DNA from: Chiloscyllium plagiosum
Taxonomy: Eukaryota
DNA length: 64,000 bases
Assembly (NCBI RefSeq): GCF_004010195.1
Contig: NC_057719.1
Span: 62,550,862 to 62,614,861 of the forward strand
Direction of reading: 5' to 3'
Shown: positions 37,819 through 49,404 of the stretch, one piece after another
Position numbering within the stretch: position 1 is the first letter of the stretch
Layout of the letters: each line of letters starts with the position of its first letter
Program-made: the position numbers and the translations under genes
The notes under the pieces: generated by a model
The model's database searches: none
Told to the model about the DNA's origin: nothing
Seen by the model: only the letters and a program-made list of their open reading frames with translations

Positions 37819-39848
37819 TGAAAATGCTTTGGCATCAACAACGAATGTTGAGAAAGTATCAGAACTCCTTGTCAATTTTCTCTGGCTAAGTAACTTGTCA
37901 CTCTCTGCATTAATAGTTCTTGATTTGTGCATTGATGTAAACTTGGCTCCTGTACACAAGGATTCAAGCTGTCCTTTGTGGGATCAGAGCAAATTTGTTT
38001 TTTTTTCTGAAGTTGGATATTCAATAAATGTTAACTGTTGGCTGAGTGGTAGCACTGTTGCTGAGTTAGATGGTTGTAGGTTAGACTTCCATTCCAGAGA
38101 TCGGAACACAACATCTCGACTGATTCGCCAGTGCCTTATCACTGGAGGTCCAGCTCAGGCTCTTTCTACCATCTAAGGTGAATACAAAAGAACTTGTGGC
38201 ACTGTTTTGAAATAGAGCATGGGAGTCCTTAGCAATATTTATCTTACAACTGATATTATTAAAATGTGCACCAATTACTGCCTCATTTGCTATGAGCATG
38301 ATACTTACCGAAAAGTGCTTCCTTAGTTGTCAGGCATTTAGGATGTTGTAAGGTCATGAAAGGTTTCTGTAAATGCTAGTTTTCTTTCTCATTTAAGGAT
38401 TAAGACTGTGGTTAGCCATTGGTATTTTACTCCATTGTGTCTTAAATTATCAGAAAATAAACTGCTCTGGAGCAGCACATCCCAATGGTGGGGGGTGTAT
38501 GTTCAGTTAATCTCAAGCCTTTCTGATGCACTCGGGGGTGAGATTTAAATTGGAGCAGTTCAGCACTGGGTACTGCCATCAGCATTTGGATATAATGTCA
38601 TTTCTGCTTGGATGTCATTTTTATCCAGAAGCACAAACCTTTTCTAAAAAAAAAACTCCCAATGAACTTGTGACATTTGGAAGAAATATCTCTGGAGACC
38701 TCTAATTGTTAAGCTTTGCATCACCAATATATCAGCAAGCTTAAATAAATGCCCAAAGCAGGTTCCCTTGCTTTAGAAACAAATGCGAACAAATCGGACT
38801 TATTTCTAATTCTGTCTGCATTAAAAAATAATATTCCAAGGTGCCCCCATCTCCATCAAAGGAGCTATCAGTGCTGATTGACTACCTTTGACATAAGATC
38901 ATCATCGCTTTTCATGGCTGTGCTACATGGAGGCTGTAATTTTGTCGCAAGAAGTAAAACCTCTCTTGAGACTGCAAAAAGTATCATATGTGAAACTGTC
39001 AAACTGCATGCAACTGTTGCCATTCCTCCACAGCACAGAGGTGCGATTGACAAAAATAATATTGTGTGATGCATCTGCTTCTCTTGGAGCGATTGGTGTC
39101 CAGCAGAGGTAATACATGGAGACAGGGAAGAAAACCATCTCCTTCCACACAGAGTTGGAATCTCCCCATTACGAATATAGAGATGCAGTTCCAGGCGCCA
39201 AGAAACAGCAGCAGTTTGAGCAAACACAAGCCTGTCCCCATTAATGCTCAAAGACCAAATAACAGTAGGAATTGACAAGAGTTTGCAATGTGCTGGCAAA
39301 CACGTTTGGCTATTATTTGTGTGTTTGTTGCGGTCAAAATCATTTCTTTTGTGGTCAAATTTAGTTTTGCAATTTCCTTTAGATTCACAGTTAAAGACCA
39401 GAAGACATAGGTGCTGATGCAGGCTATTCAGCCCAGCATGTCTGTTCTCCCATTAAGTGTGATCAGAGCTGATCTGATAATCCTCAACTCCGCTATCCTA
39501 CCTTTCCCCATCATCCTCGATACCCTTACTGATTAAAATTCTGTCTCAGCCTTGAATGTACACAATGATGCAGCCTCTGCAGGAATGAATTCCACAAATG
39601 CACTACCCTCTGAGAGAAGAAATTCCTTATTGGATAACCAATGTCAGAAAAACAAACAAATTCACTCTGATCCCATGAAGGGCAGTTTGAATCCTTTTGT
39701 ATGTAATTAACACGGGAGCCAAGTTTACATCAATGCACAGATTGAGAACTATTAATGCAGAAGGTGACAAGTTACTTGACCAGAGAAAATTGACAAGGTG
39801 TTCTGATATTTTCTCAATGTTTGGCACTTGGTGCCAAATCACTTTCAC
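37819..39848. repeat. Inverted duplication of about 210 bp (37819-38026 and 39627-39848)
   Basis: The ORF track shows the same peptide on opposite strands (EKVSELLVNFLWLSNLSLSALIVLDLCIDVNLAPV vs EKISEHLVNFLWSSNLSPSALIVLNLCIDVNLAPV). Confidence 0.9.
38035..38390 (+). mobile_element. Deu-domain SINE, decayed
   Basis: Head ggctgagtggtagcactg, core gtggcactgttttgaaatagagcatgggagtccttagcaatatttatc, tail catgaaagg...taaatgctagttttcttt. Confidence 0.7.
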
Positions 39849-39922
39849 TCTGCCTTACAAGTACAATTCCTTGTTCTGAGATTATGCCCTCTGCTTCTAG
39901 ACTCTCCCACAAGGGCAAACAA
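39395..39922 (-). mobile_element. CR1 3' end interrupted by a captured 220-bp segment
   Basis: Tail ...gaagacataggtgc...cactaccctctgagagaagaaattcc, resuming at about 39860 with ttctgagattatgccctct. Confidence 0.75.
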
Positions 39923-40311
39923 ACTGCCAAGTCTCCTCAGAACCTTGATTATTTCAATAAGGTTACCTACAAGAGCATTGAGTGCCGATTGGTTGACCCT
40001 TATCTCTCAAGGCTTATCTTATCATGGAAAAATCAACAGGGAATTACAGGCTCCCAAATTCCCAGTTAATTCAGAAAAGGAAGTTGAACAACTTCCTTTT
40101 GTTCACAATAAAATTGATGGGCCTGTTCTTCATTTGCTTTCTACTTGAGGCATTGCATCAAATAATTAGAATTCAAATCTCAATTTTTTTGTGTGTATAA
40201 ATTGTTGTGATGGCTTGTGATTTGCCATTCTTGCAGTTGTCCCAGTGAGCTCAAGATAAAATGCTTCAATAACATCCAAGTTCCTAGTTACTATCAACTT
40301 GGATACATCGT

Positions 40312-40698
40312 GGGCAGCACGGTGGCACAGTGGTTAGCATTGCTGCCTCACAGCGCCAGAGACCCGGGTTCAATTCCCGCCTCAGGCGACTGACTGTGTG
40401 GAGTTTGCACATTCTCCCCGTGTCTGCGTGGGTTTCCGCCGGGTGCTCCGGTTTCCTCCCACAGTCCAAAGATCAGGTGAATTGGCCACGCTAAATTGTT
40501 AGGTAAGGGGTAAATGTAGGGGTATGGGTGGGTTGCGCTTCGGCGGGGCGGTCCTCCCACAGTCCAAAGATGTGTAGGTCAGGTGAATTGGCCATGCTAA
40601 ATTGCCCGTAGTGTTAGGGGCAAATGTAGGGGTATGGGTGGGTTGCGCTTCGGCAGGGCGGTGTTTCCACACTGTAAGTAATCTAATCTAATCTAATC
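40312..40698 (+). mobile_element. HE1 V-SINE with an internal tandem duplication
   Basis: The segment cctcccacagtccaaagat...gcgcttcggc.gggcggt occurs twice. Confidence 0.95.
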
Positions 40699-41314
40699 AA
40701 GCAATTCTGCCTCTTCTTAGGCTGCCTGAACTCTCTCAAAAATCTGCACATTCTGGCAGGGTGGTAGAAATATTTAGTTCGAAATCATAGGTTGAACTTG
40801 CCCGTAGAGCATTGCTGCTTCCCTTCCCTGCATTAATGCTTTGAACACTTTGGAGGCTTCTCTATCTGTTGCTTTCCTTTAGCGTTTGTGTGCAAGTATT
40901 AACAAAAGTATTCATGCAAATAGAAGACTGATGAAGAAATCTTAAATTTGTTAATTTTAAAGCTAGTGGATGTTTCAATTTGATTTTAATCACTTGCATT
41001 TAAGATGATGCTGCATCGGTCCCATGGAAGTGAAACAGTCAGGTCATGTAGCATTCATCAAGGCCATGTTACAAGCAAGTGATAGATTTTCACAATCATT
41101 TATTGACCTTCAATTTAACTTAGCCGCAGGGTAAATTTTAAAATGCAGTGGATAGAAAGCTGTTTAAAAGTCAAAGAGCTGACATTTTTGGCTTGGGCAA
41201 TAGGGTAATACCTGATGGGCAAAAGAGGTGACAGAAGTGAGTAATGAAATGATTATCCCCTTTGGTCAAGTAGCATTGATGTTAAGTCCTTGCAGCCAAA
41301 TAGAAAACTCAAAG

Positions 41315-41450
41315 AAAAAATGAAGAACTGTGAATGCAGGAAATCAGAAACACAAACAGAAATTTCCTGAAAAACTCAGCAGGTCTGACAGCATCTGTGG
41401 AGAGCAAGCAGAGTTAACATCTCAGTCCAATGACCCTCCTTCATAAGATA
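41315..41450 (-). mobile_element. Penelope pLTR 3' fragment
   Basis: aaactcagcaggtctgacagcatctgtggagag...gagttaaca is the reverse complement of the type seen at 58575-58630. Confidence 0.65.
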
Positions 41451-42178
41451 GAAGATAGAAAATGGGTGATGTCATGAAAAAAAAAATCCACTCCAGTTCC
41501 TTTATTTCAAGTTCAGAAGAAGATCCCACAGTCCTCTCATGGTCATTATTTTGACACCAGCAAACCATGGGCCCAATGAGCAAAACTATTGTATAATTGC
41601 ACATTTATAGAATTTGCTAGCTGGACTATTTTATACTGTGAACTGAAACAGACTTGAACCTCGGCTAATGCTGACAGGATCTTTTGTATCAACTTTTAGA
41701 TCTTCTTTTGAGAGTGGCCAGCTTTTATATTATGGTGCTGGGTTGAAATGTTGTTTGTGATTCAGAATCACAATTACTCATTGTGTTCAACAGGAAGGCC
41801 TGCTCTGACTTGCAGCTGAGAGGAGTGTGCACAGTGCAGCTTTTATTGAAGAAGAAAACTGACGGCTAATGTGCATTTCTGAGCTATCATTCAATTCCAC
41901 TCCGGTATATCCGAGTGACAAGTCAATTCCTCCTGGGAAGAAGCCTGAGAACTCCACTCCCAATTCTCCCATGTACATTTGTGCCACACATACAAGCTGG
42001 TGAGTTGAACAATGTGAGAGAGAAATAGGATTAAAAATTGTTCAGCAATCTATATGGGTGTATTTCAATCCAACACACAGAGCTGTTTGGTTCCAGGATC
42101 AGTTTTGCTGTGGACAAGTAGTTGAACACATAGCACATCTACTGGTCTATCGTATCTAAACAGAGCACAGTACAGTGA

Positions 42179-43287
42179 TCGTCATCATCATTGGCAGGCC
42201 ATCACAGATGAGGGTAATTCTCTTCCGCTCTCAGGGTGAGTCTGTAGGTGGCTGGACAGACCGATGAGGCTGCTGCAGGCTCTGTTACACTTGGGGCAGG
42301 TGGTGGTCACGGGAAGGGGTGGGTAGGGTGTTGGTGCAGCAGCGTGCTCCTTTCACTGTTTGTGCCTGGCTTCCACATTTTCCTGACAGTGAGTCTCAAG
42401 ATGCTCGATGCCTTCCCGGATTCTCTCCTCCATTTTGAACAGCCGTATACCCGGTGTATGTGGGAATGCTGTACCTCTGCCCAGTGACTGTGGGAATGCT
42501 GCACCTTGCAAGTGAGGCCTTGAGGGGATCACTGAAGTGCTTCCTCTGTCCACCTGGGGCTCGCCTGCTGTTTCAGAGCTGGGAGTAGAGTACCTGCTTG
42601 GGGAGCCTCATGTCAGTCATGTGGTCGACGTGCCTAGCCCATCACAGCCAATCAAGCAGAGTCAGTGCCTTGATGTTGGGGATGTTGGCTTGGTTGAGAA
42701 CGCTAGTGCTGAATTGTCTTTCTTCCTGGTGATCGTGTGCAGACAGCATGATGTGACTGCTCCAGCATCTTGAGGTGTCTGCTGGAGATGGTCCATGTCT
42801 CAGAGTCACGTAGGAGGGTGGGAACCACCACAGCTCTGTAAACCATGATCTTAGTGTTGGAGCTGATGATGTTGTCCTCGAACACCCTTTTCCTCAGGCG
42901 GTGGAAGGCTGTGCTAGCACACTAGAGACACTGCTGGATCTCTCCATCAATAGATGCTTTGGCCAACAGGACATTTCCGAGGTTGTAGAAGTGATCAACA
43001 TTCTCTAAGGCCTCCCTGTGGACCTTGATGATCGGCAGTTCACTCCACAATGCCAGGCCAGGTTGGTGGAGGACTTTCATTTCAGTGATGTTTAGGGTGA
43101 GGCCCGTGCTCTCACATGCCTCCTTGAAGGTGCTGACAATGGTCTGGAACTTCCTGCCAGAGTGGGGCTAACTTACAGAACCGATGGGAAGTTATTCAGT
43201 CTCCAGTGCCTTCAAGCCAAATACCGAGTCATCCAACTGCAGTACGCAGGTGATGCTTGTGTATGTGCAGTCTCAGAGGACATATTC
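42179..43287 (-). mobile_element. RTE-clade LINE, 5' truncated with a 5' inversion
   Basis: Minus strand: FQTIVSTFKEACESTGLTLNI...TKIMVYRAVVVPTLLRDSETWT and an (ATG)n tail. Plus strand 43150-43280: VGLTYRTDGKLFSL...LQYAGDACVCAVSE. Imperfect TSD cagtacagtga/cagtgcagtga. Confidence 0.9.
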
Positions 43288-45084
43288 CAGTGCAGTGAGA
43301 CAGAACAGGTATGTACTAGTTACCGTACAGAGGCAGCATTCTCCCCAGTGGAAAGAGTCATTGACATTATCAAGCCGATTGGAAATGCTGCATTCAACCA
43401 CTGATGTAATTCCCTTTCTGCTCCGCAGAGTCTGAGGGACCATCTGCAGGACTCGAGCCCCCAATCTCCTTCCGAGGAGAAGGCGATACATTATGGTTGA
43501 CTCCTGAATCTACCATAGTGGTTTTGTTTGTAGAAATGGAATTGAAGAAAAGAAGCAAAGTGATGGATTACAGCACTGTACAATTGAAAGTTTGTTTGAT
43601 TTTCGCCATATCAAAATGGAAACAAGAGGTTTAAAGGAAGCTTGAGGATAAGGGGTTATATTGGACGTTGAATTGTCAATGGATTTATTTTAATCATTTC
43701 ATTGTTGTTCAGCGACATCATTTTAGGAAGTGAAACAATCTAGTGACTCACATAGCCTTGTGGAAGATGCAAGCTGAAGCAGCTGTGTGTTCTAATAAAG
43801 CTCCTGTTTCATATACCACTGCTGACTCAATGGTTAGGTTGTGGATCAGAATACCACGGACGTCGCAGGTTCAATTCCTTCTCCAATTGAAATAGACTTA
43901 AGACCTCATTCCTTGCCTGCCCCTTGCTTGATGTGGAGTGCTGTCCCTAAGCTGTGTAACTGCATGTTTTTAACAGAGAGGAAGCCTATGGGCTCCCTGG
44001 ATTATAGAGAATTACTAACCTACCTGCACAGTCATGGTGAAGGTGGGTTGCAGTGTGGAGTTCATTGTATTCTGCCTATCCAATAAGAATAGCAAAGATG
44101 GATAATCTAACATGTCTGACCTGGTGACTGTCATTGAGTTCCACCTTTACTTTTCTCCCCTTTCTTGTTTTTCCTCCCCTTTCTTGATTTTCTATTCATT
44201 TACAAGCCGCAGCTGATTGCTGCATCTCATCCTATTTTGGATTCAATCCACCTCCATATCCCCTCTTAATTAACTGCATACTGAAATGAAGTTTCTAACA
44301 CCAGCCAAATAACAATCAGTTTGGCTCTGGCTCCTGTTTATTTCCCGGCAAAACTACCAATGCTTCCCTGCCCACCAGGTAGAATCTTCCTCCGACTCCA
44401 ATCATTATCAAGCCTGTATTGAAAGTATAGTCAGTCTTTGCTTCTAAGTAAATGAATCAATAATTGCAGTCAGATTTCTGTCCAGCGAGGTCATTAAAAA
44501 CATCTTTTTTAAACAATTGCACATAATAACAGATCGATTGTAATGCATTGCCTCACCCTTGGCAGTGGCAGAGGTTAAATATTGTCAGCCAATACAGTGA
44601 ATAGCTGGCCCACAACAGAAGACATTTTCCAGACCAGACTTCAGCAGGTTATTTTGCTTAATGTTCTTTGCAGAGGATTTCTGTTACACAGACAAGTCAA
44701 AATATGCAATGGGAAAAAATGTGGTTTATTGAATAACTTATAGTGGCCAGTTGCACTGGTCTCTCGGCATGTTCAACCAAGGTGCATCTCTCGCCCTTGG
44801 AAATTCTGACCAGTTGGAAAAGCTTATCTCCTGATCAGCATGATGAAGAGTCATTGCTGTTGTGTTTGTTCTTTGTTGTATTCTCCAATTCAACATGCTT
44901 CAGCCATTCTCCACTGAATTGCAATTGAATCTCACTGTTGAGAGCAAAGAGATAAAGAACTGAAATCTATCTATATTGCTGGTGTCAAGGATGCTTTGTT
45001 TCTGATAAAGACACTTAAATGATGCCGCCTCCTTTAGTATGTGTATAAATAATAATTAACTAGGAGCAGTGCAGGTTAAAAATG

Positions 45085-45248
45085 TGCAACAGTTAAAAGG
45101 CATCTGATGGGTATATGAAAAGGAAGGATTTGGAGGGATATGGGCCAGGTGCTAGCAGGTGGGACTAGATTGGATTGGGATATCTGGTCGGCATGGACGG
45201 GTTGGACCAAAGGCTCTGTTTCCACGCTGTACATCTCTATGACTCTAA
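45085..45248 (+). mobile_element. CR1/HER1 3' end
   Basis: Same tail as 6868-7012. Confidence 0.9.
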
Positions 45249-45476
45249 TGTTAACTTTTATAATTAGAGGACTAGAATGCAAAGGGCAAATGTTTCACTG
45301 TTGCTATTAAAAATATTCTGATAATACTACATCTGGACACTGAGTATAGTTCAATGCATTGAAGTTTAGGAGTATTTGTCTTGAAACCTTTCTACTGGCT
45401 CACCAGTTTGTATCCAATGGTTACAACAGACCATGAGAGGTTAAATAAATTAGGCCTGTCAGCCCTGAAAAGTAAA

Positions 45477-45786
45477 GGTGTGGCAAGGTGACTCAGTGAC
45501 TCGCAGTAATGTCTCTCAGCACCAGGGACCCGGGTTTGATTCCAGCCTTGGGCGACGGTCTGTGTGGGGTTTGCACATTCTCCCTGTGTCTGCATGGGTT
45601 TCCTCTGGGTGTTCTGGTTTCCTCCCACAGACCAAACATACGCAGGTCAGGTGGACTAGCCATGGGAAATGCTGGCTTACAGGGATAGGGAAGGGGGTCG
45701 AGTCTGGGTGTAGGATGCTCTTCTGAGGGTTTGTGTGGAGTCGATGGGCCGAATGGCCTGCTTCCCCCAACCTGAGAATTCTATGA
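45477..45786 (+). mobile_element. V-SINE (HE1-related, variant tail)
   Basis: B box and V-domain, with tail gggccgaatggcctgcttcc...attctatga. Confidence 0.88.
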
Positions 45787-46011
45787 ATTGATAGCTGTGA
45801 ATTTTAAAATGATTTGATTAAATTGAAACAATTTTCAACTTCTGCGGGAACCGTTTGGTAACACCGCTTTACACAGTGTTTGGTAATATGAAAAACGCTC
45901 TCATACAAAAAGCAGTCAGTGCAAGTTGAGTGAGTAATGTTAACCCTGAAATTGATGGATTTTTGCTAACCATCTGAGGCATACAAAGTTAAAAATCACA
46001 ACAAAGAATAA

Positions 46012-46176
46012 GACATTTAAAAGGTATCTTGATGTGTATATGAATAGGAAAGGTTAGGAGGGATATGGGCCAGGTGCTGGCAGGTGGGACTAGATTAGGT
46101 TGGGATATCTGGTCGGCGGTGGACAGGTTGGACCAAAGGGTCTGTTTCCGTGCTATACATCTCTATGACTCTATGA
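46012..46176 (+). mobile_element. CR1/HER1 3' end
   Basis: Same tail as 6868-7012. Confidence 0.9.
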
Positions 46177-46931
46177 CCTGGATTGTTTAAGTCTCTCATT
46201 TTTACAATGAACTTGTTGGTTTCAGTTCTTTCATATGTAAATACAGAACTTTTTGAAAGTTACATTCTCAAGTGAACTTTAACAATTGGTGTCATGTTGG
46301 CCCAGATAATGCATTTAAAGTGTGAGGTGCCCTGTGTGAGACTGTCTGTGCCACAATGTTCAGATTGATTCTAAACTAAAAAAAACGGATTTACAGAATT
46401 TTACATGAATTCGTGCAGTTTTTGAGCAAAATAAAATGTAATTCTGCAAGTACAAATTCACTCCGCAAACTTATATGTGTGTATGTGCAGGCGTGCGTAC
46501 ATGTGGGTGTCGGGGTTGGGGGGGTGGGGGGGTGTTGTGAGTGTCTGTGGGAGAGTATGTGTGTGAGTGTAAAGGTGTATAAGTCTGTGAGAGAGTGCGT
46601 GTGAGTGTGGGACGTATGTATGAGCGTATGAGAGAGGGTCTGTAGGAGTGTATGTGTGCGTCTGTGTCTATGTATAGTGCACTGGGGTCACCTGTAGTGT
46701 GAACATGAACCCAAGGTCCCGGTTGAGGCCATCCCCATGGGTACCGACTACCTGACTATCAGCCTCTGCTCAGCCACTTTGCATTGTTGCCTGTCCTGAA
46801 GTCCGCCTTGGAGGATGGTCACCCAAAGGTCCGAGGTCGAACTTCCCAGATGCTTGAAGTGTTCTCCGACTGGGAGAAAACACTCCTGTCTGTTGATTTG
46901 TTGAGTGGTGTCCATTCATCACCTCCCCCCA

Positions 46932-46933
46932 AC

Positions 46934-46966
<33 letters not shown>
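46932..46966. repeat. (CA)n microsatellite inside the PLE
   Basis: Directly visible in the sequence. Confidence 0.95.
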
Positions 46967-46969
<3 letters not shown>

Positions 46970-47349
46970 TTGTGGAGTGAATTTGTAATTTCAGAATTGC
47001 ATTTTACTTGGCTCAAAAACTGCATGAATCCATGTAAGATTCTGTAAATGCGTTTTTTAGGTTAGAATTGGTCTGAACATTGGGGCACAGACAGCCTCAC
47101 ACAGGGCACCTCACACCTTTCAATGCATTATCTGGGTCGACATGGCACCTATTGTTAAAGTTCACTTGAGAATGTAACTTTCAAACAGTTATGCGATTTA
47201 CATATGAAAAAACTGAAACCAACATGTTCATTCTAACAGATGAGAGACTTAACAAAAAATCCAGGTCTTTTTCAATATATAATTTCAGTTACATCACACT
47301 GTAAACTTTTGCGATAAATTTTGTGTCTAACGATCTTATACTGCACAAC

Positions 47350-47384
47350 CACCTGATGAAGGAGCAGCACTCCGAAAGCTAGTG
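47350..47384 (+). ncRNA. Minimal type I hammerhead ribozyme motif
   Basis: cac-CTGATGA-a-ggag(cagca)ctcc-GAAA-gcTA-gtg, followed by AATAAA at 47391. Confidence 0.75.
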
Positions 47385-47539
47385 CTTCCAAATAAACCTG
47401 TTGGACTATAACCTGTTGTTGTGTGATTTTGATCTTTGTACACCCCAGTCCAAAATCATCCGAGGCGTGAAGTCTGCCCTCGCAGGAGGAGGTGAATGAT
47501 GCCCGGGACCCAGAAGGGGAGTGTATAGCATGGAATCTT

Positions 47540-48078
47540 AAATAAAAGCCAAATGCTACTGGTGCTGGAAATCTGAAACAAACCCAGACTGTGCTGGAGA
47601 ACCTCAGCAGATCTGGCATTGTCTGTGGAGAGAGAAATAGAGTTAATTTGAAGAAGAATCATTCAGGACTCTTAAATGTTAATTCTGTTTTGGATGTAGG
47701 TTTGCTCGCTGAGCTGGAAGGTTCATTTCAGACGTTTTGTCACTCTTCTAGGTAACATCTTCAGTGGGCCTCAGGCGAAGCACTGCTGAAAATTTCTGCT
47801 TTCTGTTTATATGTTTGGGTTTCTTTGGGTTGGTGATGTCAAAGAAACCCAAACATATAAATAGAAAGCAGGAATCATGTACAGTGCTTCGCCTGAGGCC
47901 CACTGAAGATGTTACCTAGTAGAGTGATGAAACGTCTGGAAATGAACCTTCCAGCTCAGCGAGCAAACCTACATCCAGAACCTCAACCTGAGCTATAAAT
48001 CTTCTCAAAACTCGTTAATTCTGTTTCTCAGATACTACCAGACTGCTGAGTTTGTCCAGCATTTTCTGTTTTTGTTGT
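47540..48078. mobile_element. Older palindromic Penelope pLTR insert hosting a younger one
   Basis: tgctggagaacctcagcagatctggcat...gagttaa on the left and ttaattctgtttctcagatactaccagactgctgagtttgtccagca on the right. Confidence 0.65.
47691..48013. mobile_element. Palindromic non-autonomous Penelope-like insert with a 12-13-bp TSD and a hammerhead motif in each arm
   Basis: Arms of about 135 bp (47691-47827 and 47841-47977) are near-perfect reverse complements. TSD gttaattctgttt at 47678-47690 and 48014-48026. Hammerhead at 47900-47939. Confidence 0.85.
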
Positions 48079-49404
48079 TCCTTGGAATCTCCAATCAAGT
48101 ACCCTGGGAGTGACAACAAAGGGTCAGATTATAGTTTGGAGCAAAGTTTTAAAAGAAAGTTCTCCGAAAACTATTTCGGAAAAAATAGCTCATTCCAAGT
48201 GAAGGACTCAGGGTTGTCTCTTTTGCTGTCATTGGTGATGGGCTTGGAAATGTGAAGGGGTTTTAGTTAATCACGGTGGTGATGTGTGTTGAAGCCATTG
48301 TCAGAATTTGGTTTCATTTAGGTCCATGGTCCACCACCCTGTCTGCCACCCAATGAGACTCTTATGTGATCAGGTCATGACCAGTGAAGACCAAGTTAAT
48401 TGATGGCTGTGAATTTTAAAATGAATTGATTAAATCAAAACCTTTTTCAATTTCTGTGAGAACCTAGAGAGCAGAGGGATGTAACCTTAAACTCAGAACT
48501 TAGCTGCACAGCCAAAGTGTTTGATGACACCACTTTAGGTTGAAGTGACAAACACACTCATTACAAAAAGCAGCCAATGCAAGTTGAATGAGCAATGTTA
48601 ACCCTGAAATTGAAAGACTTAGAAGCCACAGCTGCTGGCTTTAACCCAGTTGCAAGTGATCCTGTTGGTGTACTAAGAGTGAAATGAGAAAAGAAAAGAA
48701 GCATTTATTTTTCGTTTTGTTTTCTTTAGAACTGAGGAGACAGAAAATGTAATTGATGTACCGAAAATTTTGATAGACTGAAACGGAAGACCCTGTTTCC
48801 TTAAGTCTATGGATAATTTTGATCAGATTTATCAAGTCAAAACCGGGAATCCATGAGGCGCTATGGGTCGTCAACAGCATCAGAATTGTATTTGACCACA
48901 ATCTGTAATTCCAGGGTGCAGCATTTTCCCTTCCCCACCCTTACCAGCAAGTCAGGTGACCAACCCTGGTTCAATGGAGAGTGTAGGAGGGCAGGCCAGG
49001 AGCAGCACCAGGCATACCTAAAAATGAGGAGACAACCTAGTAAAAGCTACCAAGCAGGGCTATTTGCATGCCAAACATCATTAGCAACAAGTGATAGATG
49101 GAGCTGAGCGATCAACTGATCACCAGAATGAGATCAAAGCTTGGCAGTCCTGTCATGTCCATGATAGTAGTGGACAATTATAGACAATCCAGGGGGAAGA
49201 GGTAGTTCTGCAAATATCTCTGTCCTCAGTGATAAGGTGTCTCAGCACATTAGTGTAGAAGACAGTGTTAAAGCATTTGCAACCATTTCCAGTTTTGAGT
49301 CCGTGATCCATCCAGTCCAGTTGATTTCAAGAAATGGCTGAAGACACTTGGTGCAGGCCTGAATGGCATACTCCTGCACCTATTTTCTATGTTTCAATAG
49401 CTTT

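Larger units (their letters stand above)
46175..47452 (-). mobile_element. Penelope-like element: GIY-YIG C-terminus flanked by inverted pseudo-LTRs
   Basis: Minus strand 46921-46690 (frameshifted): MNGH..RQECFLPVGEHF..DLWVTILQGGLQDRQQCKVAEQRLI..THGDGLNRDLGF. Arms of about 300 bp at 46175-46481 and 46961-47267 are inverted. Confidence 0.9.
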
